Part shown: positions 16,391 through 28,984 of the stretch, one piece after another
Numbering within the stretch: position 1 is the stretch's first letter
How the letters are laid out: the number at the start of each line of letters is the position of its first letter
DNA from: the human T2T-CHM13v2.0 reference genome, Homo sapiens
Length of the DNA stretch: 64,000 nucleotides
Direction of reading: 5' to 3'
NCBI GenBank assembly: GCA_009914755.4
Contig: CP086569.2
Span: forward strand, 2,432,001-2,496,000
Notes under the pieces: model-generated
Databases searched by the model: none
The model's input: the letters and a program-made list of their open reading frames with translations, nothing else
Told to the model about the DNA's origin: nothing
Program-made: the position numbers and the translations under genes

Positions 16391-17224
16391 TGAGGACCTG
16401 GAATCTTCCCATTCTGTGTTTTCATCAGTCCAAGTTCAGCTAGAACCTTTCTGGCTGACCAGAATGCTGAAAATATGTGTCCTGGGCCCTGCAGAAAGTC
16501 CTGCTTGAGGCAGATAGTCTGATTGAGATTCAGGTGTATTCAGACCGCGGTGGGTGGGAGAAAGGGAAAGATTTGGTTTCTGATGCAGGCACAATGGAAC
16601 CAAACATTTATTTTGAAAGAAAAATAAACTTTTGTGTACACAGAGGAAGAATCCATTGGGCTTTAGCATTGGGAACAACTGGTTGACCAGTGCAGTTACA
16701 TAATGGTGTTTGTTGGAGGAAGAGAGAATGATAACCAGATCTGATCCTAAAAAGCCAACAACAAGATGATAGGAACTCATCTCTCTCCCAGTTTTCTGCA
16801 CACAGTGATGTTTTTGCTAATAATTATCCTAAAAGGCAGATACAAAATTGTTGTCAGTGCAACAGGAAAATGTAATGACTCACCCCAACATGGAGATGCC
16901 ATTTCTCCCATGAAGTTAGAAAAGGTGAAGGTTGAATCCTACCCTGTCAAGGCAGATTGAGGGGTGGGGGTTAGAGGCAGGTGTGTGGTTGCAACCACTT
17001 TGGAAGCATTGGGGGATTATCTCCAAAATTCAGACTGAGTGTGTTGCACCAGCGTTTGGTCTGGATAAAGAATGAGGCATATCTGCAAGAGAACCCTGTG
17101 CAATAGTGAAGGAGGGGCTGGCTGGTAGGCTCAGATACAGAACAAGACATGTTATTGATCTGAAAGATCACTGACATGTGACCCAGGAGTTCCACTTCTA
17201 GACAGATACCCAAGAGAATTGGGA

Positions 17225-17700
17225 GCAGGGACTCAAACAGTTATTTGTGTACCCATGTTTGCAGCAGCAATATTCACAATAAGCCAAAGGTGGAAACAAC
17301 CCAACTGTCCATCAGGGGATGAATGAATGAACAGAATGTGGTCCCTCCAGGCAACAGAATATGATTTGGCTGTAAAAAGGAAGGGGGTTCTGATGCGTGC
17401 TACATGAGCCTTGAAACTGTGCTCAGTGAAACAAGCCAGGCACAAAAGGCCACAGGGTGTAGGATCCCATTAATATGAAATGTCCAGAATAGGCAAATTC
17501 AGAGAGACAGAAAGTGGATTAGCGATTGTTGGGCTGGAAGAGGGGACAAAAGGGAGGGACTGCTCGTGGCTATGGGGTCTCCTTTTGGGGGGATGAAACT
17601 GTTCTGGAACTAGATACAGGTGGTGATTGTACAATATTGTGAATATATGAAACACCATTGAATTGCACACTTTAAAATGTCAAATTTTATATGTGAGTTT
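17225..17700 (+). mobile_element. Ancient L1 (L1M-type) 3'-end fragment
   Basis: ttcacaataagccaaaggtggaaacaacccaactgtccatcaggggatgaatgaatgaacagaatgtggtccctccaggcaacagaatatgatttggctgtaaaaaggaaggggg...gacagaaagtggattagcgattgttgggctggaag...gtggtgattgtacaatattgtgaatatatgaaacaccattgaattgcacactttaaaatg. Confidence 0.75.
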
Positions 17701-18027
17701 CACATTAATTTTTTAAAAATCACATAAATAAACTTATTTTCCACTCACCTGCTACTACCTTTTCATTGCTCACCTAGAAGGCTGCCAGTGCCTGCAAACA
17801 CATCTTTGAATGCATCGTTTTGCTACCAAGAGCCCCCCATGAATGGGCAGGCATGTGCCTGTTCATCCACAGCCCTTCCTCATGGGAAGGAAGCCCCAGT
17901 GCAGAGGAACCACAGTCACCTGCATGGCGACTGTGGGGAATTCACTTTTCACTGTCTATACTGCCTGGGCTTTAAGAAACTCTGTGAGTGTATCACTATT
18001 TTAAAAAATAGTTATAATTTTACATTT

Positions 18028-18752
18028 TAAAAAGGAGACAGAGAAAGGAAGGATGGGAGAGAGGGAGGGAGGGTGGGAGGAGGAAGGAAGGGAAAAGGAA
18101 GAGAAGAAAGAAAAGAAGGAAACAATGAAAGGACAGAGGAAAACAGGGAGGGAGGGAGGAAAAAGGATGGAAACAAGGAGGGAAGAAAAGGAAGAAGAGA
18201 GGGAACGATGGAGGGAAGGAAGGAAGAAGAAAGGAGAGGAGATAAGAAAAGACTGAGGGGAGGAAGGAAGAAGGAGAGGAATGAAGGAGGAAGGGAAGAA
18301 AGGAGGGGGGAAGGAAAGAAAGAAAAATGGGAGAAGAAAGGAAGAAAGAAAAAGAATAAGGGAAGGACGGAGGGAAGGAAGGAGAGAGGGAGAGGAGAAA
18401 GGTTGGAGGGGAGGAAGGAAGAAAGGAGGGTGGGGAGGAAGGAAAGAAGAAGGGGGAAAAGGAGAGAGGGAAGGAAGGAAGGAAGGAGAGAAGGAAGGAA
18501 GGAGAGAAGGAAGGAAGGAGAGAAGGAAGGAAGGAGAGAAGGAAGGAAGGAGAGAAGGAAGGAAGGAGAGAAGGAAGGAAGGAGAGAAGGAAGGAAGGAG
18601 AGAAGGAAGGAAGGAGAGAAGGAAGGAAGGAGCGAAGGAAGGAAGGAGAGAAGGAAGGAAGGAGAGAAGGAAGGAAGGAGAGAAGGAAGGAAGGAAGAAG
18701 GGAGGGCAGGAAGGGAGAGGGAGGTGGCAGGAAGGAGAAAAGGTGATGAGAA
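18028..18752 (+). repeat. ~720-bp polypurine (plus strand) / polypyrimidine tract with an embedded 16-mer minisatellite (GGAAGGAAGGAGAGAA)x~14
   Basis: From aaaaaggagacagagaaaggaaggatgggagagagggaggg... the plus strand is almost uninterrupted A/G through ...gaaggagaaaaggtgatgag. 18468-18690 is (ggaaggaaggagagaa)n with one gagcgaagg variant. It produces artefactual long ORFs on both strands. Confidence 0.95.
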
Positions 18753-19558
18753 ACCTTCTATTAAAATACAGGACATGCGAAACCATATGCCCCGTTTGGA
18801 GGTTCAAGCTCTCCTTCTTGCAGTCTCTGCATCCCCAGTGAATGTCCGCACCACACACAAACCCGTGTTCCAGCCGCCTCCTACCAAGGCAATGCTAGGC
18901 TGTTATGTAAACCATGCTTTCAAATACGGTGTTTCCTCTGTTTGGAAGAAGTCTGGCCATTGCACAGCCCTGAAGCTCCAATTTTCCCAGCCATGGCCGA
19001 CTCCACCTCCTTTGAGCCATCTTCCTCAAACCTCCTCCTGCCCTCGTCTGCCCATCCACACTGCACACCCAGGTTCACTAAGCAGGGCAGTCACAGGCTG
19101 CACCCTGAGCACTCCTGACCTGATATCCACATCCATGCAATACATATTTGCTGAATGAATAAATGAATGAATGAAAGAAAGTGAGATAAGCCATCATTCT
19201 GGAAGCTGCAAGTCTTTCTCCTTCTTTTCTTTTGCCTCCCCCTGCCTCACCCTCCACCGTCCAGCCCTGTGGTGGCTCTACGGGCAGGTGGCTCACTTAC
19301 TTGTCTTGGATGTTCTCAGCTACTTTGGCCATCCTGTGGGCATCCTCACAGCCTCAAGGGTGGATTGTTTTTGAATGGATTTTAAGGGTGTTTTCTTGTC
19401 TTTTTTCTCAATTCAACATGGAATTTGTGTCTATATCATTTACTTTGTATGGCTTTGTCACTCCCTTTTCACCTTTCATCAGGGCGTTCATGGCCTTTCT
19501 TCATGCTTCCAATGAATCTTCAATGCATATTGCATTTATTTTCTCTCTTTGTTCACAG

Positions 19559-19582
19559 AACCCACCAAGAAGCCAAACTCAG
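19559..19582 (+). CDS. XG: XG exon 3 (last pseudoautosomal exon), encoding EPTKKPNS
   Basis: 'tctctttgttcacag|AACCCACCAAGAAGCCAAACTCAG|gtgagt'. Phase continues from exon 2 (G|AA = Glu). EPTKKPNS follows ...DDP in the XG protein, and the donor gtgagt is canonical. Confidence 0.65.
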
Positions 19583-19659
19583 GTGAGTGTCTCTTCAGCT
19601 GGGAAAAACTGAGGCAACGTCCTTGAACTGATGCTTACGGAGGGGATGGTTGAGGATGT

Positions 19660-20480
19660 TTTACAGAACTGTGGGGTATATGAAAGAGATGCAACAACTG
19701 TACCAGATAGCAGATATTGAAAGCAAAATGTGGTGATTAGGGAAATGCAAATCACAACCACAGTGAAGCACCACTTCGTCCCCACTGAGATGGCTAAAAT
19801 CTAAAATGGAAAATAACAAGTGTTGGCAAGGATGTGATGAAACTGGAATGTTTGTACAGTGCTGGTGGGAGTCTAAAATGGTACAGCCACTGTGAACAAA
19901 TGCTTTGGTGGATCCTCCAAAAGTTAAATACAGGATTACTCTATGAACCAGCAATTCCACTCCTAGGTATGTACTCAAAATAATTGAAAACACGGGTTCC
20001 AAGAAAAATGTGTACACAAATGTTCAGAGCAGCACTATTCATTATAGCTAAAAGATAGAAATAACTCACATGTTAATCAGTGGAAGGAATGGATAAACAA
20101 AATGTGGTCCATTCACACAATGGAATATTATTTAGCCTTGAAGAGGAATGAAGCACTGAAAATTGCTACAAAGTGGTTGAGCCTCAAAAACATTTTGCAA
20201 AGAGAAAGAAGCCAGACACAAATGATCACATAATGTATATTTTTATGAAGATGAAATTTCAAGAATAGGTGAATCCCTAGAACCAGAAGCAATGTCGTGA
20301 CTGCCAGGGGCTGGAGGGGAAAGAGAGAGTGACTGCTTGATAAATTCCAGGTTTCTTTTTGGGGGAACGAAAGCATTCTGGAAGTACACAGAGGTGATGG
20401 CTGCACAACACTGTGAATATTCTAAGTGCCCCTGAATTATTCACTTTTAAATGGTTAATTATATGTAAATTTGACTTCAA
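19660..20480 (+). mobile_element. Ancient L1 (L1M-type) ORF2 C-terminal region plus 3' UTR fragment, in XG intron 3
   Basis: gtgattagggaaatgcaaatcacaaccacagtgaagcaccacttcgtccccactgagatggctaaaatctaaaatggaaaataacaagtgttggcaaggatgtgatgaaactggaat...ccattcacacaatggaatattatttagccttgaagaggaatgaagcactg...gactgccaggggctggaggggaaag... is L1 ORF2 end/3' UTR homology. Confidence 0.75.
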
Positions 20481-20488
20481 TTTATTTA

Positions 20489-21757
<1,269 letters not shown>

Positions 21758-22284
21758 TCAGGAAGTCAATGGACGGGTGTTTATAGGTTGTTCAGGAAAT
21801 GTTCACTATCAAGCAAGAATTGAAAATGCAGCTAAATTGCTGTTGGAGAGTGATGATAGCATAAAGATTTCCAACAAGAAGCTCTGCAAATTTTGCTGAA
21901 AAATCTTCCAAATGATGCTCTGCCATAAGAAGAAATTCACACCCTGAATAGCACAGCAGGATGCGAATAGCAATGCCAGCCAAAGACATTGCAAACAAGC
22001 CGGTAAAACTAAGTGATTGTTAGCTGTTTAAAAAAATAATAATAACTGGTGTTAACAACAAAGTGAAACTTAACTTCTGAAGATGAGGCTACCTTCACAG
22101 AGAGGATAAGAAAGGAAGAACTGAGTAAAAGTAGTTAGATATTGCTGGATTTTGACATTTTAAGGTTAAGTGTTCCTGCTAAAAATAAAAATTGAACATA
22201 TAACTCCTGAACTAGTGGATGAAAATGAAGAATGAAGAATAAAATTAAATACAAAAAAAATGAAGAGTAAAATTAAATACCAAA

Positions 22285-22547
<263 letters not shown>

Positions 22548-22620
22548 TTATGTTAGATGTTCAGTGATTTAATAAATCTGTAAAAAGACGGAGATGAGAT
22601 GATGCAATTTAAAATGTTTC

Positions 22621-22750
22621 GGCTGGGCGCAGTGGCTCACGCCTGTAATCCCAGCACTGTAGGAAGCCGAGGCGGGTGGATCACGAGGTCAGGAGATCGA
22701 GACCATCCTGGCTAACACGGTGAAACCCCATCTCTACTAAAAATACAAAT
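22621..22750 (+). mobile_element. Free left Alu monomer (FLAM-like, ~130 bp) with a 10-bp TSD aaaatgtttc
   Basis: ggctgggcgcagtggctcacgcctgtaatcccagcactgtaggaagccgaggcgggtggatcacgaggtcaggagatcgagaccatcctggctaacacggtgaaaccccatctctactaaaaatacaaat. It is flanked by aaaatgtttc on both sides. Confidence 0.75.
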
Positions 22751-23102
22751 AAAATGTTTCATGCTATTTACGAGAGAAGCATTTGCAACAAAATGCCAAA
22801 GAGAAGGTGAAAATAGCTGGAAAAAAAATGCGCAAAGCAAATAACCAATAGAAAGAAAGCCAAGTTGGGCTAGCAAAATCAGACAAAATAACCTTCGAGG
22901 TGCAAACAACTTTGAGGCCCAAATAGAGGTTCTTCCCACTAAAAGAATGATTCCCTGAATGATAATGGAATCTTGACCCAGCCTGCACCTCAGGTTAAGT
23001 TAAAAGTGGAAATTTAAAGATCTAAGTGTGAGATTTTAAAAAGCATTTCCCCAGAAATACCAGGATCTGTAGATGGAAATGTTATTAAGAATAAAGATGT
23101 GG

Positions 23103-23412
23103 AGCTGGGCGTGGTGGCTCACGCCTGTAATCCCAGAACTTTGGGAGGCTGAGACTGGCTGATTTCTTGAGCCCAGGAGTTTGAGACTAGCCTGGACAAC
23201 ATAGTGAGACCCCATCTTTACAAAAAAATTAAAAAAAATTAGTGGACATGGTGGCATGCACCTCTAGTCCCAGTTACTCAGGAGGCTGAGGTGGGAGGAT
23301 CACCTGTGCCCAGGCTGAGGCTGCAGTGAGCCATGATCACGCCACTGCACTCCAGCCTGCGTGACAGAGCAAGACCCTGTCTCAAAAGAAAAGAAAAAAA
23401 AAGAAGAAAGAA
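23103..23412 (+). mobile_element. Alu SINE (older subfamily)
   Basis: gctgggcgtggtggctcacgcctgtaatcccagaactttgggaggctgagactggctgatttcttgagcccaggagtttgagactagcctggacaacatagtgagaccccatcttt ... ctgcgtgacagagcaagaccctgtctc. Confidence 0.85.
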
Positions 23413-23617
23413 ATGAAAACCGTAGCTCAGAGACAGAGAAACTGAGCAATGCATAGGTTCAGAAGGGTTTGAAACAGACTGAATTGTGTCTTGGCATATG
23501 AGAGAGGTCGCAGCTATAAAACAATGAGAGAAGAAACCAAATTCCACATAGGCAGGACTGAGACAATTGGCTGTTCTTGTGGATGATACGTGATCAAATC
23601 TCAACCTCATGCGATAC

Positions 23618-23905
23618 TTTTTTTTTTTTTTTTGAGATGGAGTCTCGCTCTGTCACCCAGGCTGCAGTGCAGTGGTGTGATCTCACCTCCCCGCAAACTT
23701 CTCCTCCCGGGTTCAAGTAATTCTCGTGCCTCAGCTGGGACTACAGGCATGTGCCACCACGCCTGGCTAATTTTTGCATTTTTTTAGTAGAGACGGGGTT
23801 TCACCAAGTTGGCCAGGCTGGTCTCGAACTCCTGACCTCAGGTGATCTGTCCACCTCGGTGTCCCAAAGTGCTGGGATTACAGGTGTGAACCACCACACC
23901 CAGCC
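23618..23905 (-). mobile_element. Alu SINE (minus) with a ~15-bp TSD cctcatg[c/t][g/a]atactt
   Basis: poly-T then gagatggagtctcgctctgtcacccaggctgcagtgcagtggtgtgatctc ... ggattacaggtgtgaaccaccacacccagcc. Confidence 0.9.
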
Positions 23906-24046
23906 TCATGTAATACTTAAAAATGAACTACAGGTGGATTACAAACCTGAATATAAAAGAAAACTTTTTTTTTTGAAAAATAGAGGGAAATGTCTTATAA
24001 CCTCAGAGTTAGGAGGTTTTTCTTAGATACAATACAAAAAGCATAA

Positions 24047-24190
24047 CCACGCCCATAGTCCCAGCTACTCAGGAGGCTGAGGCATAAGAATCACTTGAGC
24101 TCGAGAGGTGGAGGTTGCAGTGAGCCGAGATCCTGCCATTGCACTCCAGCTGAGGCTACAGAGTGAGAGTATAAAAAAAAAAAAAAAAAA
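24047..24190 (+). mobile_element. 5'-truncated Alu (right arm) with a 12-bp TSD aaaagcataacc
   Basis: cccatagtcccagctactcaggaggctgaggcataagaatcacttgagctcgagaggtggaggttgcagtgagccgagatcctgccattgcactccagctgaggctacagagtgagagtat poly-A. Confidence 0.85.
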
Positions 24191-24444
24191 GCATAACCTT
24201 TAAAAATGGGTTAGCCTATGTCTACATTTAAATAATAATAATAATAATAATGTTCCAACTTCAGGCTCTGAAAAAAGTCAAAAGATGAGCTGTCAACTAG
24301 AAGAGGCTCCTTACTGCTCATACCACCAGGGAAAGTTTAATATGCAAAATGCAGTCATCCTTCAGAATTCATGGGGGATTAGTTTTAAGACGCCTTCTTA
24401 CCCGCAGACACCAAAATCCACAGCTGCTGAAGTCTCTGATATAA

Positions 24445-24822
<378 letters not shown>

Positions 24823-25290
24823 TAACTCCTGATACGCTGTAAATGCTATGCAAATAGTTGTTATACTATATTATTTTTTATTTGTATTACTTTTTATTGG
24901 ATTGCTATATTTTATTTTTTGAAATATTTTCAATACAAGACTGGTTGGATCTATAGATGCAGAAATTCTGGTTATAGAGCACAAACTGTGTATAGATAGC
25001 TCCTACCAAAACAGACGGATGGTGAAAAAAAGAAAAGAAAAGAAAAGAAAAAGAAAATGGAGGAGAGAGACTATGAGGCGACTAAAAGAAGAGGGATATG
25101 ATCATTCCATTCGCTGACAAGAAAAATTCAAAGAAGAGGGAATTATGCAATTGACCAGCTGATGTGTGTTAGAAATGCTCAGGGTCACACATATTCATTG
25201 AAAGCCAATTTAAGCCACTATTTAAATTTAAACCGATTTAAACAATTGGGCTTTTTTTTTTTTTTTCTAAAAAAAAAAAAAAGTCAATTA

Positions 25291-25573
25291 GGCCAGGCGA
25301 GGTGGCTCACACCTGTCATCCCGGCACTTTGGGAGGCCGAGGTGGGTGGATCACAAGGTCAGGAGTTTGAGACCAGCCTGGCCAACATGGTGAAACCCTG
25401 TTTCTACTAAAAATACAAAAGTTAGCTGGGCATGGTGGTGTGTGCCTGAGGCTGTGAGACTGAGGCAGGAGAATCACTTGAACCCAGGAGGCGGAGGTTG
25501 CAGGGAGCGGAGATCATGCCACTGCACTCCAGCTTGGGCGACAGACCAAGACTCTGTCTCAAAAAAAAAAAAA
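25291..25573 (+). mobile_element. Alu SINE
   Basis: ggccaggcgaggtggctcacacctgtcatcccggcactttgggaggccgaggtgggtggatcacaaggtcaggagtttgagaccagcctggccaacatggtgaaaccctgtttc ... ttgggcgacagaccaagactctgtctc poly-A. Confidence 0.9.
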
Positions 25574-26310
25574 GAAGTATATTGGTTCCGTCTGGAAAGG
25601 TGGAGCACTTGAAGCAAAGGCAGGAAGACTGGAAGCAGGGAGAGGGTTTTCAGGTCACAAACAGGTGAGAGACAAAACAGTTGCCTTCTTTTGAGTTTCT
25701 GATTAGCCTTTCCAAAGGAGGCAATCAGATACGAATCTGCCTCAGGGAGCAGAAGGGGGACTTTGAATAGAATGGGAGGCAGGTTGGCCCTAAGCAGTTC
25801 CCAGCTGGACTTTTCCCTTTAGCTTAGTGACTTGGGGGTCCCGAGATTTATGTTCCCTTCACAGTGTATGAGTGAGAGCACTTGGAAACTGAGAGTGGAA
25901 GTGTCGCAGGCCAGGTCTCACTAACACAGGCCCCCACAACACCTGTTTCAGTATTGACTGAGTGGTTAAATATTAAAAGCCAGTGCTGTTATACAAAGGC
26001 TGGAATGTAACAAAAGCCCACCGAGAGTTTTTCCCAGGACTTTCCAGGGCCTTAAAGCATGACAAAATAATGAATGAATTCTTAACAGGACCCATTTAGG
26101 ATTAAACAAGTTTTACTGGGGGTCTGCAGAAACTCCCCAGGCCTCCACAAACAAGTTTATTGGGGCTTTGAAGGAACTCTGCAAACCTCCTGGATTTAGC
26201 AGGAGACAACATGAGGGTAATCACCCCGGCACCTGGACCCATTAGATTAAGTCAATTTACTGAGGCTCCTGAGGATGATGCTCAGGACTCAGACCTTAGT
26301 TATAGATTAA

Positions 26311-26634
<324 letters not shown>

Positions 26635-27832
26635 TTATGTCGTTACATAAATGGGCACTTACACATAGACGTATAGCTCAGAAGGTATATAAGCTCTATA
26701 AAACTTTATCATTTTGAGTGGGTCTGGTAATATTATCTACATGCCTTCTCCCTGTAACCACTTGTAGAAATAAAAACTCTCTTCCTTCTCAGTTCATCTG
26801 CATCTCATTATTGGGCCACAAAAAAATAGCAGCCTGACCCTCAATTTGCTCAGGAAAGACAAGGGGACTTGGGAACACTCCTTACACTTCAAAGAGAAGG
26901 CTCAAGGCCATTAAGAAAGACCTGTTGGGGTGCCATCCTTCCATCTGGCTTAGTTAGTTCTTAAAAAGATTTACATATACCTCAAAAAACAGAGGGGAAA
27001 ATACTAGTTTTCTAAAGGTAGTACTCTAATGAAAAGTAGGAGGAAGGATTACTTTCTTACCTGACAACAAGGAAAACTCAAATTACATAGATTTTAGACT
27101 TACAAAAATTTTCTGGACAGATATGAAGAACATTATTAAACTAACAAACAGCAATCCAGAACTTTTTTTGTTGTTGTTTTTGCTAAACGTATTTGTAGTT
27201 CTGTTAATTTCCTTACTGTAATCTACCAACTTTATGTGATCTCTGTCTAAAAAGCAGAACTTTCTGGTCATTTCTAAAGAGCATAGAGATTTTAAGGAAC
27301 ATCAGCAATATTCAAATTTAAGAAAACTGATTATAACTTAGAAATTCTGAGGAAGAAGAGTAATGAGGGGTAACTTGTTCTAGCAGAAAATCAAGTATAT
27401 TTTTATAACCACTTTAATTATTTTAACTACATACCTTCATTCTGTGGTTAAAATTTAAGACACTAACAGTTCCAAATTTTGGTGAGCATGTATAGCAACG
27501 GAAAGCTCAGACATTGCTGTGGCAGTGTGAAATAGCACAAAAACCCTGGAAAATTCTTGGAAAGGTACACACAAAATTAACTGAGCTGAAAATTTCACTC
27601 CTAGATGTTGGCCCAGGTACATTAAAAACAGATGTCCACTTAGAGACTTGAGCTCAACTGTTGATAGCAGCTTTATTAATAAAAGCCTCAAGCTCAAAAT
27701 AGCCCAGTGTTCACCACCAACAGTGTACATAAACTGTGGTAAATTCATGCAAATTTCAACCTGAATGAAAGAAGCCAGATGCCCTTCAGAATACAGCTCC
27801 GTTGATATAAAGCCTTGAACTCAGCCGGGCGT

Positions 27833-28117
27833 GGTGGCTCACGCCTGTCATCCCAGCACTTTGAGAGGTCGAGGTGGGCAGATCACGAGGTCAGGAGATC
27901 GAGACCATCCTGGCTAACACGGTGAAACCCTGGCTGTACTAAAAATACAAAAAATTATCCAGGCGTGGTGGCGGGCGCCTGTAGTCCCAGCTACTAGGGA
28001 GGCTGAGGCAGGAGAATGGCGTGAACCGGGAGGCGGAGCTTGTGGTGAGCCTAGATTGGGCCACTGTACTCCATCCTGAGTGACAGAGCAAGACTCTGTC
28101 TCAAAAAAAAAAAAAAA
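27833..28117 (+). mobile_element. AluY-like SINE (Y-specific side)
   Basis: agccgggcgtggtggctcacgcctgtcatcccagcactttgagaggtcgaggtgggcagatcacgaggtcaggagatcgagaccatcctggctaacacggtgaaaccctggctg...ggcgggcgcctgtagtcccagctactagggaggctgaggcaggagaatggcgtgaaccgggaggcggagcttgtggtgagc... poly-A. Confidence 0.9.
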
Positions 28118-28663
28118 AGATCTCTCAATTGCATGATAGAAATCATGCAATTGACAGAGGAATTGCAAAAGGGCACAGGAAATTTTAAGGGTTGAAGGAA
28201 TGATGTAAATAGCTTGTAACCTAGTTGGGGTGATAGTTACTCAGGCATATGCATTTGCCAAAGTTCATGCATCTATAAATAAAAGATCTGTGCACAATAT
28301 CTCATGAAGATTTTTACTCTTGACATTATTACATAGTCCAATATGAAATAAAATATTAATTAAATTTCTTGAAATACTAGAACTCTGATAACTACCTTTT
28401 GTTTCTACACCTTGTAGAAACAAATCTTTGTGGAACAGATTTGGAACAAATATGGAAAATTAATGTATTTCACATCAGTAAAATCGTGACATTGGGAAAA
28501 ACATTACCCACTTCAATGCCTAATGAAATAATGTCTAATCAATCATGAATATCTACATTACTCTTCACTAAGATATTTTTTAGATGGAGCAATTACTTTC
28601 AGGTTAATAATAGCAAATATTTAGTTAATTCTTCACTAATGCTGATGTCTGTTCTAAGTATTT

Positions 28664-28667
28664 CTTT

Positions 28668-28699
<32 letters not shown>

Positions 28700-28984
28700 T
28701 TGTTGAGATGGAGTCTTGCTCTGTCGCCCAGGCTGGAGTGCAGTGGCGCCATCTTGGCTCACTGCAAGCTCCATCTACTGGATTCAAGCCCTCTCCTGCC
28801 TCAGCCTCCCAAGTAGCTGGGACTACAGGCGCCCGCCACCAAGCCTGGCTAATTTTTTGTATTTTTAGTAGAGACGGGGTTTCACCATGTTAGCTAGGAT
28901 GATCTCAATCTCCTGACCTCGTGATCCACCCACCTTGGCCTCCCAAAGTGCTGGGATTACAGGCGTGAGCCACTGCTCCCAGCC
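28664..28984 (-). mobile_element. AluY-like SINE (minus) with a perfect 16-bp TSD tgttctaagtatttct
   Basis: T-rich tail then gttgagatggagtcttgctctgtcgcccaggctggagtgcagtggcgccatcttggctcactgcaagctcc ... ggattacaggcgtgagccactgctcccagcc. TSD at 28649-28664 and 28985-29000. Confidence 0.9.

Noticed and set aside
18001-19158. The longest ORFs in the window: 361 aa on the plus strand (18073..19158) and 285/249 aa on the minus strand (18001..18858, 18027..18776), with highly repetitive R/E/G/K-rich or S/L/P/F-rich products
   Set aside because: They lie entirely within the polypurine/polypyrimidine low-complexity tract. Stop codons are absent by composition, the 'proteins' are pure repeats, and the tract is intronic to XG. 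Not coding.
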